This document shows positions 52,005 through 61,708 of a DNA stretch of 64,000 nucleotides, piece after piece. The stretch lies in contig CAWBGA010000013.1 in the NCBI GenBank assembly GCA_963788195.1, positions 96,001 through 160,000 of the forward strand, given 5' to 3'. The notes under the pieces are model-generated. The model was not told the DNA's origin. It worked only from the letters and a program-made list of their open reading frames with translations, and ran no database searches. Source of the DNA: Nitrospirota bacterium. Lineage in GTDB: Bacteria; Nitrospirota; Nitrospiria; Nitrospirales; NS-4. The number at the start of each line of letters is the position of its first letter. The first letter of the stretch is position 1. A program made the position numbers and the translations under genes.

Positions 52005-52526
52005 ATGACCGAGGTGGCTGTCGCAAAGATTCCGGAAGAAGGGCTGACGCTGTCATTTCAAGAAGAGCCGGCCGCTCTTGAGTTGTCGGTGGAAGGGGCG
52101 CGATTCATCCAGCCGGTCGAAGCGGATGTCATGCTGCAGAAGGCCGGAGACGCCGTGTTAGTGACTGGACGCCTTGCGCTCCCTATTATGTTTGAATGCG
52201 TCAGCTGCCTACGCGAGTTTGTCGCGCCTTTCGAGATCCCCGTTGACGCGCAATATGTGCCTGGAGATCCGTCCCTCCAGTCGGGGGAACATGTCATGCC
52301 GGTGGAGGAGGCGGAGAATTACTATTATCGCGACGATGTCATCGCGCTGGATGATCTGGTCCGTCAGGAGGTCTTACTGGCGCTGCCGTACAAGCCTCTC
52401 TGCAAGCCGGACTGCCGTGGATTATGCGCGCAGTGCGGCCAGGATCTTAACATCCGCACGTGCGCATGTGCACCACCCCCAGACCCCCGATTGGCGGCGC
52501 TCCGCCAGTATTTAAAAAACCAGTAG
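52005..52526 (+). CDS. DUF177/YceD protein
   Basis: CVSCL, LALPYKPLCKPDCRGLCAQCG, DPRLAAL; lies upstream of rpmF. Confidence 0.9.
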   Translation: MTEVAVAKIPEEGLTLSFQEEPAALELSVEGARFIQPVEADVMLQKAGDAVLVTGRLALPIMFECVSCLREFVAPFEIPVDAQYVPGDPSLQSGEHVMPVEEAENYYYRDDVIALDDLVRQEVLLALPYKPLCKPDCRGLCAQCGQDLNIRTCACAPPPDPRLAALRQYLKNQ

Positions 52527-52550
52527 CGCTTTGGCAGGAGAGGAACGACC

Positions 52551-52736
52551 ATGCCGAATCCCAAACACAAACACTCCAAAGCTCGCCGTGACAAGCGTCG
52601 CACTGCGAAGGTGAAGATCCGCGCCCAGAGCCTCTCCAACTGCCCACAGTGTCATCAGCCGAAGCCCCCGCACTATACGTGTCTGACCTGCGGCACCTAC
52701 AAGGGCCAGGAAGTTATCGCGGTCGAAGAGTCCTAG
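52551..52736 (+). CDS. rpmF: 50S ribosomal protein L32
   Basis: PKHKHSKARRDKRR, CPQC..PH..CLTCGTYKG. Confidence 0.95.
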   Translation: MPNPKHKHSKARRDKRRTAKVKIRAQSLSNCPQCHQPKPPHYTCLTCGTYKGQEVIAVEES

Positions 52737-52742
52737 TCTCGC

Positions 52743-53777
52743 GTGAAGATCGCGGTCGACGCCATGGGAGGCGACCACGCCCCCGCCGCTGAAGTCGAAG
52801 GAGCCGCGCTCGCGGTCCGAGAATACGGCGTCGAGGTGGTGCTGGTCGGCGACGAAATCTTACTCAAGGAAGAACTGCGACGACAGGGACTGCAAGGCAT
52901 CCCCGGCCTTACATTTCATCACGCCTCACAACGGGTCGAGATGCACGAGCAGCCTTCTCAGGTGGTCCGTCGCAAACGAGACTCCTCGATTTGGATCGCC
53001 ACCGAACTAGTCAAAAAGGGCGAGGCCGTCGCGGTAGTCAGCGCCGGCAATACCGGAGCGACCGTGGTGACCACCTTCTTTCTTCTCGGGGTGCTGAACG
53101 GGATTGAACGGCCCGCGATTGCGACGCTGCTTCCCACCCTCCGGGGAGAGATGATTCTGCTGGACGTCGGCGCGAACGTCGATTGCACCGCGGAGAATCT
53201 GACCCAGTTCGCCTTGATGGGGCATGAGTACGCCCTCCATGTGCTGAACAAGGCGCATCCCACTATCGGGCTGTTGAGCATCGGTGAAGAAGATAGCAAG
53301 GGCAACGAAGTCACTAAAGAAACGTTTAAACGACTGAAAGAAATGCCGCTCAACTTTGTCGGCAATGTCGAGGGCCGGGACATTTTTATGCACAAAGCGG
53401 ATGTGGTTGTCTGCGACGGCTTCATCGGAAACGTCGCGCTGAAGATCAGCGAAGGGCTGGCAGAGGCGCTCAAAAAAATCTTGCTGGAGGAGATCGCGGC
53501 GGGCTCGTTTTTGAACCGTCTCGGTTACGCGCTGTTGCGGCCGGCGTTTCATCGATACAAGCGTCGCATGGATTATGCTGAATTCGGCGGCGCCTGCCTC
53601 CTGGGGGTGAACGGTATCTGTATTATCAGTCATGGCCGGTCCTCAGGACGCGCCATTAAGAATGCGATCCGCCTGGCAAAGGAAATTTACGAAGGCGGCG
53701 TCAACGATCATATCCAGTCCCTCTCAAGTACGATCCGGCCTGTCCTGCGCGACCGGCCGAAGGGCAACGAGCAGTGA
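52743..53777 (+). CDS. plsX: Phosphate acyltransferase PlsX
   Basis: IAVDAMGGDHAP, SAGNTGA, LDVGAN, GNVEGRD, DGFIGNVALK, HGRS. Confidence 0.96.
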   Translation: MKIAVDAMGGDHAPAAEVEGAALAVREYGVEVVLVGDEILLKEELRRQGLQGIPGLTFHHASQRVEMHEQPSQVVRRKRDSSIWIATELVKKGEAVAVVSAGNTGATVVTTFFLLGVLNGIERPAIATLLPTLRGEMILLDVGANVDCTAENLTQFALMGHEYALHVLNKAHPTIGLLSIGEEDSKGNEVTKETFKRLKEMPLNFVGNVEGRDIFMHKADVVVCDGFIGNVALKISEGLAEALKKILLEEIAAGSFLNRLGYALLRPAFHRYKRRMDYAEFGGACLLGVNGICIISHGRSSGRAIKNAIRLAKEIYEGGVNDHIQSLSSTIRPVLRDRPKGNEQ

Positions 53778-53787
53778 GGATGTTTGG

Positions 53788-54765
53788 ATGAGGGGGCGGA
53801 TTGTAGCGACCGGCTCGGCGCTCCCCACGCGAGTGTTAAGTAACGCCGATATTGCGCGGATGGTGGCGACCTCCGATGAATGGATCCGGGAACGGACCGG
53901 CATTCAGGAGCGCCGCATTGTGGCCGACGGGATCGCCAGCTCAGATCTCGGGACTGAAGCGGCGCAGGTCGCATTGGCCAGAGCCGGGTGGGATCCGGCA
54001 AGCCTGGACCTCATTGTAGTCGCGACATGCACGGCGGACATGCCCTTGCCCTCCACGGCCTGCTTCATCCAAAGGAATCTCAAAGCCTCGCGTGCTTTCG
54101 CGTTCGACCTGGCTGCGGCGTGTTCCGGGTTTTTGTACGGGCTTTCGGTAGCGGATCTCTACGTGCGCTCCGGAACGTGCCGACGCGTCTTGCTTGTCGG
54201 TACGGAGGTGATGTCGACGATTATGGACTGGACGGACCGAAGCACGTGTATTCTGTTCGGCGACGGCGCCGGGGCGGTGCTGATTGAGCCTTGCGACGAT
54301 GATCGCGGAATCCTCTCCACTCATCTGCACTCGGATGGAAACCTTTGGGACCTGGTGTGCGTCGAAGGCGGCGGATCCCGCATGCCCCCTTCACTGAAGA
54401 TGTTGGAGAACCGGCAACATCTCATGAAAATGAAAGGAAACGAAACTTTCAAAGTAGCGGTTAAAACATTGGAGGCGACCGTGCGAGAAGCGCTCGCCGA
54501 GAATCATTTAGATGTGAAGGATGTGGATCTGTTTATCCCTCACCAGGCCAATGTGCGCATCCTCAAGGCGGTTGCGGAGCGGTTGGGGCTTGAGCCGGAG
54601 CGTCTCGTGATCAATATCGAACGGTACGGGAATACCTCCGCGGCCTCGATTCCATTAGCCTTGGATGAAGCGCTTCAAGCGGGGCGGGTCAAACCGGGCA
54701 GCCGGATCCTCATGGCCGCGTTCGGATCCGGTTTAACATGGGCTTCGGCATTGGTGAAATGGTAA
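53788..54765 (+). CDS. fabH: 3-oxoacyl-ACP synthase III
   Basis: AACSGF, FGDGAGA, PHQAN, YGNTSAAS, AFGSGLTW. Confidence 0.96.
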   Translation: MRGRIVATGSALPTRVLSNADIARMVATSDEWIRERTGIQERRIVADGIASSDLGTEAAQVALARAGWDPASLDLIVVATCTADMPLPSTACFIQRNLKASRAFAFDLAAACSGFLYGLSVADLYVRSGTCRRVLLVGTEVMSTIMDWTDRSTCILFGDGAGAVLIEPCDDDRGILSTHLHSDGNLWDLVCVEGGGSRMPPSLKMLENRQHLMKMKGNETFKVAVKTLEATVREALAENHLDVKDVDLFIPHQANVRILKAVAERLGLEPERLVINIERYGNTSAASIPLALDEALQAGRVKPGSRILMAAFGSGLTWASALVKW

Positions 54766-54769
54766 GGTT

Positions 54770-54981
54770 GGCGGGGCGGGTGCCACGGGAAAAGGACGCG
54801 TCCCACGGGAAAGGCGGCCGTCTGGCGGCCGTGGGGCTGGGTGGGTGAGATAGCGGCCGGGGTGGGCGGGTGAAATAGGGGAAGAAGTCTGTCTTGGCAG
54901 ACTTCAGGGCGGGCGGGTGAAATAGGGGAAAAGAAGTCTGTCTTGGCAGACTTCAGGGCGGGCGGGTGAGATAGGGGGAAA
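54770..54981 (+). repeat. Intergenic hairpin-repeat cluster B
   Basis: About 49-bp tandem units GAAGTCTG-TCTTGG-CAGACTTC-AGGGCGGGCGGGTGARATAGGGG; GGGCGGGTGCCACGGGAAAA shared with cluster A. Confidence 0.9.
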
Positions 54982-54983
54982 GC

Positions 54984-55796
54984 GTGAACGAAGGACGGCG
55001 CCAAAAAACAGAATGGGCTCTTATCCTGGGTGCCTCCAGCGGCTTCGGTGAAGCGGCCGCGCTGGAACTTGCCGGTTGCGGGATGAACATCCTCGGCGTG
55101 CATTTAGATAGAAAATCAACCATGGGAAATGTGGAGCGAATTACCGGGGCGATCACTTCGCGAGGACGCGAGGCGCTTTTCTTTAATGTCAATGCGGCGG
55201 ATCCAGAAAAGCGAAGTGAGGTCTTGGACGCCTTCAGTAAACTTCCAAGCGAAGGCGGAGAGCCTGCGCCTATTCGGGTGCTTCTTCATTCGCTGGCCTT
55301 TGGGACTCTCAAGCCATTCGTGGCGGACAGCGAAGAAGAGATGCTGTCGAAGGCGCAGATGGATATGACGCTGGACGTCATGGCGAATACTCTTGTCTAT
55401 TGGACGCAAGACCTGGTCAAAAGGCGGTTGATGGGCGCCGGCGGTCGCGTGTTCGCTATGACAAGCGCAGGGGGGGCCAGGGTCTGGAAAACCTACGGAG
55501 CGGTGTCGGCGGCAAAGTCAGCCCTGGAGTCTCATGTCCGGCAACTGACCTTGGAGCTTGGTCCATTAGGCATCACCGTGAATGCGATCATGGCCGGTGT
55601 GACGGACACACCTGCGCTGCGAAAGATACCCGGCGCGGATCGCATGATCAAAATGGCCTTGGCGAAAAACCCTTCGGGACGGCTGACCACCACGCGCGAT
55701 GTGGCAGATGCCATCGGGTTGTTGTCGGATCCCAAAGCGCAGTGGATCACCGGAAATGTCATTTGCGTTGACGGCGGGGAATTCGTCGTCGATTAA
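54984..55796 (+). CDS. SDR-family enoyl-ACP reductase (FabL/FabI-like)
   Basis: LGASSGFG, Y-x6-K (YGAVSAAK), TDTPAL; lies inside the fab operon. Confidence 0.75.
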   Translation: MNEGRRQKTEWALILGASSGFGEAAALELAGCGMNILGVHLDRKSTMGNVERITGAITSRGREALFFNVNAADPEKRSEVLDAFSKLPSEGGEPAPIRVLLHSLAFGTLKPFVADSEEEMLSKAQMDMTLDVMANTLVYWTQDLVKRRLMGAGGRVFAMTSAGGARVWKTYGAVSAAKSALESHVRQLTLELGPLGITVNAIMAGVTDTPALRKIPGADRMIKMALAKNPSGRLTTTRDVADAIGLLSDPKAQWITGNVICVDGGEFVVD

Positions 55797-55799
55797 GGG

Positions 55800-55990
55800 C
55801 AAGAAGAGGAATCTGTCCCCCGGGACAAGGCCCCGTCTCGGCGGGCCGGGGTGTGGTGGGTGAAATGAGATTTCAGGGCGGACGGGTGAGAGGGGCGAAG
55901 GAGTTTGTCTTGGCAAACTCCAGGCTGGGGGAGAAGGCGCTGTCTTGGCAGCGCCAGGGCGGGTTGGGTGTAATGGGTGGGTGTAATGAG
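55800..55990 (+). repeat. Intergenic hairpin-repeat cluster C
   Basis: GGAGTTTG-TCTTGG-CAAACTCC (55900-55921), GGCGCTG-TCTTGG-CAGCGCC (55936-55955), variant GGCCCCG-TCTCGG-CGGGCC (55829-55847). Confidence 0.88.
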
Positions 55991-56040
55991 GGGAGTTTTC
56001 AGTTGACAAGCCGCGACCGATTCCCTCATATGTGTACGCG

Positions 56041-56979
56041 ATGAAGCCCCTCCTTGCATGGATATTTCCAGGCCAAGGATCCCAAGCGGTCGGCATGGGC
56101 AAAGCCTTTTATGATCAAGACGCAGAAACCCGTCAGCTGTTCGCAGAGGCAGGCCGGATCGTAGGCTACGATCTTGCCCGACTCTGCTTTGAGGGTCCCC
56201 CGGAACAACTAAACTTAACCGAGCATACACAACCGGCTTTGCTCACGGTCAGTGTCATCGCCTTGCGGATGCTCCAGCGTACCGGTCTGCGGCCCTCGGC
56301 GGTCGCCGGTCACAGTCTCGGGGAATATACCGCATTGGTAGCGGCCGGCGCGCTGGCCTTCGCTGATGCCGTCGATCTTGTTCGAGCGCGCGGCCGGTAC
56401 ATGCAGGATGCCGTGGAAGAGGGGAGGGGCCTTGTCTGCGCGGTTCTCGGAGTCGACCGGAATATCGTTGAAGATGTCTGCCGAGAAGCCTCCTCGCTTG
56501 GGATCGTGGCGCCCGCGAATTTCAATGCTCCCGGTCAAATCGTCATCGCCGGAGAGAAAGCCGCAGTGGAGGAAGCCATACGCCTCGTGAAAACCAAAGG
56601 GTGCCGAAAAGTAATTCCTCTGGCCGTGAGCGTCCCGGTGCATACCAGTCTTATGGCGCCGGCAGCCGAGCGGCTCGCGGGAGACGTCATGCGGGTGCCT
56701 CTCAAGGATCTCGAAGTCCCGATCATTAATAATGCTGATGCCAAACCGCTGATGAAAGCGATGCACGTGCGCCAATCCCTGATCAGGCAACTTGCATCGG
56801 CAGTCTTATGGGAGGATTCCGTACGGGTCTTACAAGATATGGGGGTCAAGACGTTGATCGAGATCGGCCCTGGAACGGTACTATCGGGATTGGCAAAACG
56901 AATTGCTCCCGAGCTGCGGCTGCTGAACGTGCAGGATCCGGCCAGCCTGTCATCCACCGTTGAGGCTCTCGCTGCGTAA
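56041..56979 (+). CDS. fabD: Malonyl-CoA:ACP transacylase
   Basis: FPGQGSQ..GMG, TQPALL, GHSLGEY, QIVIAG, EIGPG. Confidence 0.96.
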   Translation: MKPLLAWIFPGQGSQAVGMGKAFYDQDAETRQLFAEAGRIVGYDLARLCFEGPPEQLNLTEHTQPALLTVSVIALRMLQRTGLRPSAVAGHSLGEYTALVAAGALAFADAVDLVRARGRYMQDAVEEGRGLVCAVLGVDRNIVEDVCREASSLGIVAPANFNAPGQIVIAGEKAAVEEAIRLVKTKGCRKVIPLAVSVPVHTSLMAPAAERLAGDVMRVPLKDLEVPIINNADAKPLMKAMHVRQSLIRQLASAVLWEDSVRVLQDMGVKTLIEIGPGTVLSGLAKRIAPELRLLNVQDPASLSSTVEALAA

Positions 56980-57004
56980 GGCGACTCGCTTCTGAGGGCG
57001 CTTC

Positions 57005-57748
57005 ATGGAACTTGAGGGAAAGGTTGCGATCGTGACCGGCGCCGCCCAGGGGATCGGGCGCGCCATTGCCGAGACTCTCGCCAAGGCGGGGGCCGATGTT
57101 GCCGTGGTGGATCGCGATGTGGCCCATGCCGCGGAGGCTGTCGCAGCAATCACTCGTTTGGGGCGGCGGGGCATTGCGGTCAAGGCCAACGTCGCGGAAT
57201 GGACTGATGTCCAGGACATGGTCGATCAAGTGATCGCCGGGCTTGGGCGCATCGATATCCTTGTCAACAACGCCGGCATCACCCGTGATAGCCTTCTGCT
57301 GCGAATGAAAGAAGAAGATTGGAATATGGTGCTTGATGTGAACTTGACGGGAACCTTCCACGGCACGAAGGCGGTCTTGCCTGTCTTGATGAAACAACGC
57401 GGAGGAGCCATCGTCAACATCGCCTCCGTCGTGGGAGTTATGGGGAATGCCGGGCAGGCCAATTACGCGGCGTCAAAAGCCGCCGTGATCGGACTGACGA
57501 AGACAGTGGCGCGAGAATATGCGAGTCGTGCCGTGACGGTGAACGCGGTTGCGCCGGGATTTATTGATACGGCCATGACGCACGGACTGGTGGGAGACGC
57601 ACGGGAGGCCTTGCTCAAACAGATCCCGCTGGGACGATTGGGAACGCCGAATGATGTCGCAGAGGCCGTGCGATTTTTAGTATCGCCGGCGGCCGCGTAT
57701 ATCACCGGGCACGTTTTGCATGTGAACGGTGGGATGCTCATGGCATGA
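57005..57748 (+). CDS. fabG: 3-oxoacyl-ACP reductase
   Basis: [35 protein letters not shown]. Confidence 0.96.
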   Translation: MELEGKVAIVTGAAQGIGRAIAETLAKAGADVAVVDRDVAHAAEAVAAITRLGRRGIAVKANVAEWTDVQDMVDQVIAGLGRIDILVNNAGITRDSLLLRMKEEDWNMVLDVNLTGTFHGTKAVLPVLMKQRGGAIVNIASVVGVMGNAGQANYAASKAAVIGLTKTVAREYASRAVTVNAVAPGFIDTAMTHGLVGDAREALLKQIPLGRLGTPNDVAEAVRFLVSPAAAYITGHVLHVNGGMLMA

Positions 57749-57789
57749 GCGCGCAAGGCTCGTCCGAATGGGAGGAGGTGGTAGGATCT

Positions 57790-58023
57790 ATGGCAGCAGT
57801 GGAGGAGCGGGTCAAAAAGATTATTGCAGAGCAATTGGGCGTGGAAGACGATGACGTCATCCCCGACGCAAAGTTCGTTGAAGACCTTGGAGCCGATTCG
57901 CTGGATACGGTCGAGCTCGTCATGGCCTTTGAAGAAGCTTTCGATATCGAGATACCCGACGACAAGGCAGAAAAGATCCTGACCGTCCAGGATGCGGTGG
58001 ATTTTATCAAAGAGAACAGCTAG
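57790..58023 (+). CDS. acpP: Acyl carrier protein
   Basis: [18 protein letters not shown]. Confidence 0.97.
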   Translation: MAAVEERVKKIIAEQLGVEDDDVIPDAKFVEDLGADSLDTVELVMAFEEAFDIEIPDDKAEKILTVQDAVDFIKENS

Positions 58024-58043
58024 GCCTCGCCGCATTGTAACGG

Positions 58044-59298
58044 ATGGGCACGGAACTCCTGAAAAGGCGGGTCGTGGTGACAGGGCTTGGGGCCATTACG
58101 CCTCTGGGGATCGGTGTGGAAGCTACCTGGAAAGCGCGTGTGCGAGGGGCGTTCCGGAATTCAGCGGATCACCCGATTCGATGCGTCTGCCCATGATTGC
58201 CAGATCGCCGGTGAAGTCCGGGATTTCAACCCGACCGACTACATCGATAAAAAAGACATCAAAAAGATGGATCTTTTCATTCAATACGCCATGGCGGCGG
58301 GCCAGATGGCGTTTGCCGATTCCGGTGTTCAGATTAATGAGGCGAATGCGGATCGAGTCGGGGTCTACGTTGGGTCGGGTATCGGCGGGCTTGCCTCCAT
58401 TGAGCACTACCACAAGATCCTGCTCGAAAAAGGCCCCAGCCGCGTGTCACCGTTTTTCATTCCCATGGTGATTATTAATATGGCCTCGGGAAATCTTTCC
58501 ATAAGAATCGGCGCAAGAGGGCCGAATTCCTGCGCGGTCACCGCCTGCGCGACCGGCAACAATTGTATTGGAGACGCCTTTCGGATTATCCAACGCGGTG
58601 AGGCGGACGTGATGCTCGCAGGAGGCGCCGAAGCGGCCATTACCCCGGTCTCCGTCGCAGCCTTCGGGGCGGCCCGTGCGCTATCGACCCGCAATGCTGA
58701 TCCCGAACATGCGTGCCGTCCTTTCGATAAGGAGCGCGATGGCTTTGTCCTGGCGGAGGGGGCGGGGGTCGTAGTCCTAGAGGAATTGGAGACGGCGCGA
58801 CGGCGAAAGGCGAGAATCTATGGCGAGGTCGTGGGCTACGGTATGACGGCGGACGCCTACCATATCACGGCGCCTCCGGACGATGGGCGAGGGGCCGTCC
58901 AGTGCATGCGCCGGGCCCTCACGGACGCGGACCTACCGCCCGATGCCATTCAGTACATCAATGCCCACGCGACGTCGACGATGGCCGATCGCATAGAAAC
59001 TGTCGCCATCAAGCAGGTCTTTGGCGAACATTCCCGACGTCTCGCCATCAGCTCCACAAAATCCATGACGGGCCATGCTCTGGGGGCTGCCGGCGGCATT
59101 GAAGCCATCTTCAGCCTGCTCGCGATCAATCGCGATATGCTTCCGCCCACGATCAATCTCGATGTCCCCGACCCGGAGTGCGATTTGGACTACGTCCCCC
59201 ACACCGCCCGCCCGGCACACGTAGACGGCGTCCTCAGCAACTCGTTCGGCTTTGGCGGCGTCAATGCGTGTCTGATCTTTAAGCGATATTCAGCCTGA
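58044..59298 (+). CDS. fabF: 3-oxoacyl-ACP synthase II (frameshift about 58135)
   Basis: [15 protein letters not shown] in the 5' frame; [29 protein letters not shown]. Confidence 0.95.
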
Positions 59299-59309
59299 CG
59301 GAAACGGTT

Positions 59310-59720
59310 TTTCTCTGGGGGCAAAGAAGTCTGTCCGGGGCACCCCTTGCCTTCACATGCAAGGGGTCGAAAAGACTTCAGGGCCACGGGAGAAACGAGC
59401 TCGCTTTCGAGCTCGGGGGTGTAATGAAAATCAAGGAACAAGGAAACTACCCCGGCGGCCATAAATAATCATCAGGCCTTCGGGTCGAGCAAGCTCGGCT
59501 TGGCGGGCGGGTGTAATGGCGGGTGAAATGGGGCATACAAAGGGGACAGGCAACTTTTTCGCAAAGCGATGTTTGGCCTACCGCATGAACAACTGAAAAA
59601 GTAGCCTGTCCCCTTTTCAACAAGGGGCAAGGAAATCTGTCTTGGCAGATTTCAGGGCGGGCGGGTGCGGGGCAAGGAAATCTGTCTTGGCAGATTGAAC
59701 GGGCGGGGCTGGGTGAATCT
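59310..59720 (+). repeat. Intergenic hairpin-repeat cluster D (includes a nested hairpin and an IR element)
   Basis: GAAATCTG-TCTTGG-CAGATTTC (59632-59653), AATCTG-TCTTGG-CAGATT (59679-59696), 32-bp hairpin at 59341-59372, CGAGCTCG-CTTT-CGAGCTCG. Confidence 0.88.
59539..59616. repeat. Short inverted-repeat element (MITE/REP-like), copy 2
   Basis: 22-bp arms AAAGGGGACAGGCAACTTTTTC / GAAAAAGTAGCCTGTCCCCTTT, 21 of 22 complementary. Confidence 0.8.
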
Positions 59721-59721
59721 G

Positions 59722-60423
59722 ATGGCCGAGGGCATACTTGAGGCGCTGCAGAGCAAGCTAGGGTATCAGTTTAGACGTCCGGAGCTGCTGCTTCAGGCGG
59801 TGACCCACACCTCCTACCTGAACGAATTAGGGCAAACAGGGGATGCCGATAATGAAAGATTGGAGTTCCTTGGGGATGCCGTCTTGAATCTGGTGGTCAG
59901 CGAGTATCTGTTAACGGCTTTCCCCCATGCTACGGAAGGGGAATTATCCAAGCTTCGGGCGCGCCTGGTTAGCGAAGAGACGTTGGCGGGGGTGGCTCGA
60001 CGGCTCCGACTCGGTGATGCGTTGCGTCTGGGTAAAGGTGAAACCATTACTCATGGAAACGATAAGACCTCTATTCTCGCGGACGCTTTTGAAGCTGTTC
60101 TCGCGAGCGTCTATCTTGACGGAGGGTTTCAGGCAGCCGCCGCATGTGTTAAGGTGAATTTGACCGAAGAGCTGGCTTCGTGTGATCAACGAGTCCCTGG
60201 TCGGGGCGACTTTAAGACTGATCTTCAGGAACTCTGCCAACGTCGCTTTGAAACTTTACCTCAATACCGGCCGATGGCGGAGTCAGGTCCGGATCACGAG
60301 AAAACGTTCGAGGTCGAAGTTCTGATTCGCGGAGTCCGATACGGCCTCGGTAGTGGAAGAAGTAAAAAAGAAGCCGAGCAGATGGCGGCTCAGCACGCCT
60401 TGGAACGTCTGAGCGCCGGGTAG
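59722..60423 (+). CDS. rnc: Ribonuclease III
   Basis: [42 protein letters not shown]. Confidence 0.96.
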   Translation: MAEGILEALQSKLGYQFRRPELLLQAVTHTSYLNELGQTGDADNERLEFLGDAVLNLVVSEYLLTAFPHATEGELSKLRARLVSEETLAGVARRLRLGDALRLGKGETITHGNDKTSILADAFEAVLASVYLDGGFQAAAACVKVNLTEELASCDQRVPGRGDFKTDLQELCQRRFETLPQYRPMAESGPDHEKTFEVEVLIRGVRYGLGSGRSKKEAEQMAAQHALERLSAG

Positions 60424-60431
60424 GAGGAACT

Positions 60432-61017
60432 ATGCGACATGGGCTGAGTGGTATTGTTTGTATGTTCTTGTTGGGATCGATCGCGCCTGTATGGGCCGCG
60501 GACGTCCCAAAATCGAAAGGAGTGCAGATGCAGCCGCAGGCGATCATTAAGACGAAGTTTGGAGAAATGGAGATCCGGTTCTTTCCGGATGTGGCCCCCA
60601 AGCATGTTGAGAATTTTATCGGGCTTGCGAAGTCAAAATTCTACGACGGTACGATCTTTCATCGGGTGATTCCCGGATTCATGATTCAGGGAGGCGATCC
60701 CAATACCAAGGATCCGAACAAGACCAGCGAGTACGGTATGGGCGGGCCCTCCAGGAGCAAAGTTAAAGGCAGAGTTTAATGACAAGCCCCATAAACGGGG
60801 AGTGGTGTCAATGGCGCGTTCCGGGCACCCCGATAGCGCCGGCTCTCAGTTCTTTATCGTGGTGAAGGACTCTCACCAACTGGACAAGCAATACACTGCG
60901 TTTGGAGAGGTCATCAAAGGCATGGAGGTGGCGGACCAAATCGTCAACTCGCCTCGTGGAGCGAACGACCTTCCGAAAGAGCGCATTGAGATGACCGTCA
61001 CCATCGTTGAGAAATAA
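60432..61017 (+). CDS. Cyclophilin-type PPIase with signal peptide (frameshift about 60760)
   Basis: [51 protein letters not shown]. Confidence 0.9.
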
Positions 61018-61603
61018 CCGATTGTCGTTGCTGCCTCGACCCGGGCTTGCCAGGGCTCCTATACTCGCTGTGTTTCTGGCCCTGCAGCTTCCCTTGGCGG
61101 TGTCCGCGGCGGGCCCTTCGGTACCCAGCGCACGAGGGGCCGCGCCGGAATTGTCTTCTGTCTCCCCTGCAGGCAAGGCGCCTCGCGCTGTCCTCGACAG
61201 CACTCGAGGTGTCCTGATTATCGAATTGTTCCCCGATGTCGCTCCGAAGACCGTGGCTCGGTTTACCGAGCTAGTCAAAAAGGGATTCTATGACGGCTTG
61301 CCGTTCTACAGGGTGTTGCCGAAGTTTCTCGTGCAGACCGGCGACCCCCTGGCAGACGGCACAGGAGGGTCAGGACGAGTTATTCCAGCGGAATTTAATG
61401 AAAAGAAGCACGTGGCCGGAACCGTCGGAATGGCGAGGAAGCAGGATCCGGACAGCGCCGATAGTCAGTTCTATATAACCCTCGAGCCCCAACCCCTCCT
61501 CGATGGGAAGTACACCGTCTTTGGGCAGGTCATCGAAGGCCTGGAGATTCTCCCGAAAATTCAGGAACGCGATACGGTCCGGAAACTCGCCTTCAAGCCG
61601 TAA
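61007..61603 (+). CDS. Cyclophilin-type PPIase, second copy
   Basis: APKTV, GFYDGL.FYRV, QTGDP, GMAR..DPDSADSQFYI, YTVFGQV. Confidence 0.9.
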   Translation: MRNNRLSLLPRPGLARAPILAVFLALQLPLAVSAAGPSVPSARGAAPELSSVSPAGKAPRAVLDSTRGVLIIELFPDVAPKTVARFTELVKKGFYDGLPFYRVLPKFLVQTGDPLADGTGGSGRVIPAEFNEKKHVAGTVGMARKQDPDSADSQFYITLEPQPLLDGKYTVFGQVIEGLEILPKIQERDTVRKLAFKP

Positions 61604-61708
61604 GATCGGGCATTCTAGAATCCCAGGGTCTTGACAATTGAGCCGGCGGACTTACCTTCCCAAAGTAACCAGGACCTTAACGTCCCGGTCCTTTAGAAGG
61701 AGGTTTCC

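Noticed and set aside
54884..54954. TCTTGG hairpins as ordinary intrinsic terminators
   Set aside because: They are followed by G-runs rather than U-tracts on the sense strand and lie between co-directional operon genes.
61604..61708. CIRCE element or RNA thermometer before hsp20
   Set aside because: No TTAGCACTC-N9-GAGTGCTAA is present. The AGGACC/GGTCCT hairpin lies upstream of the SD and does not mask it.
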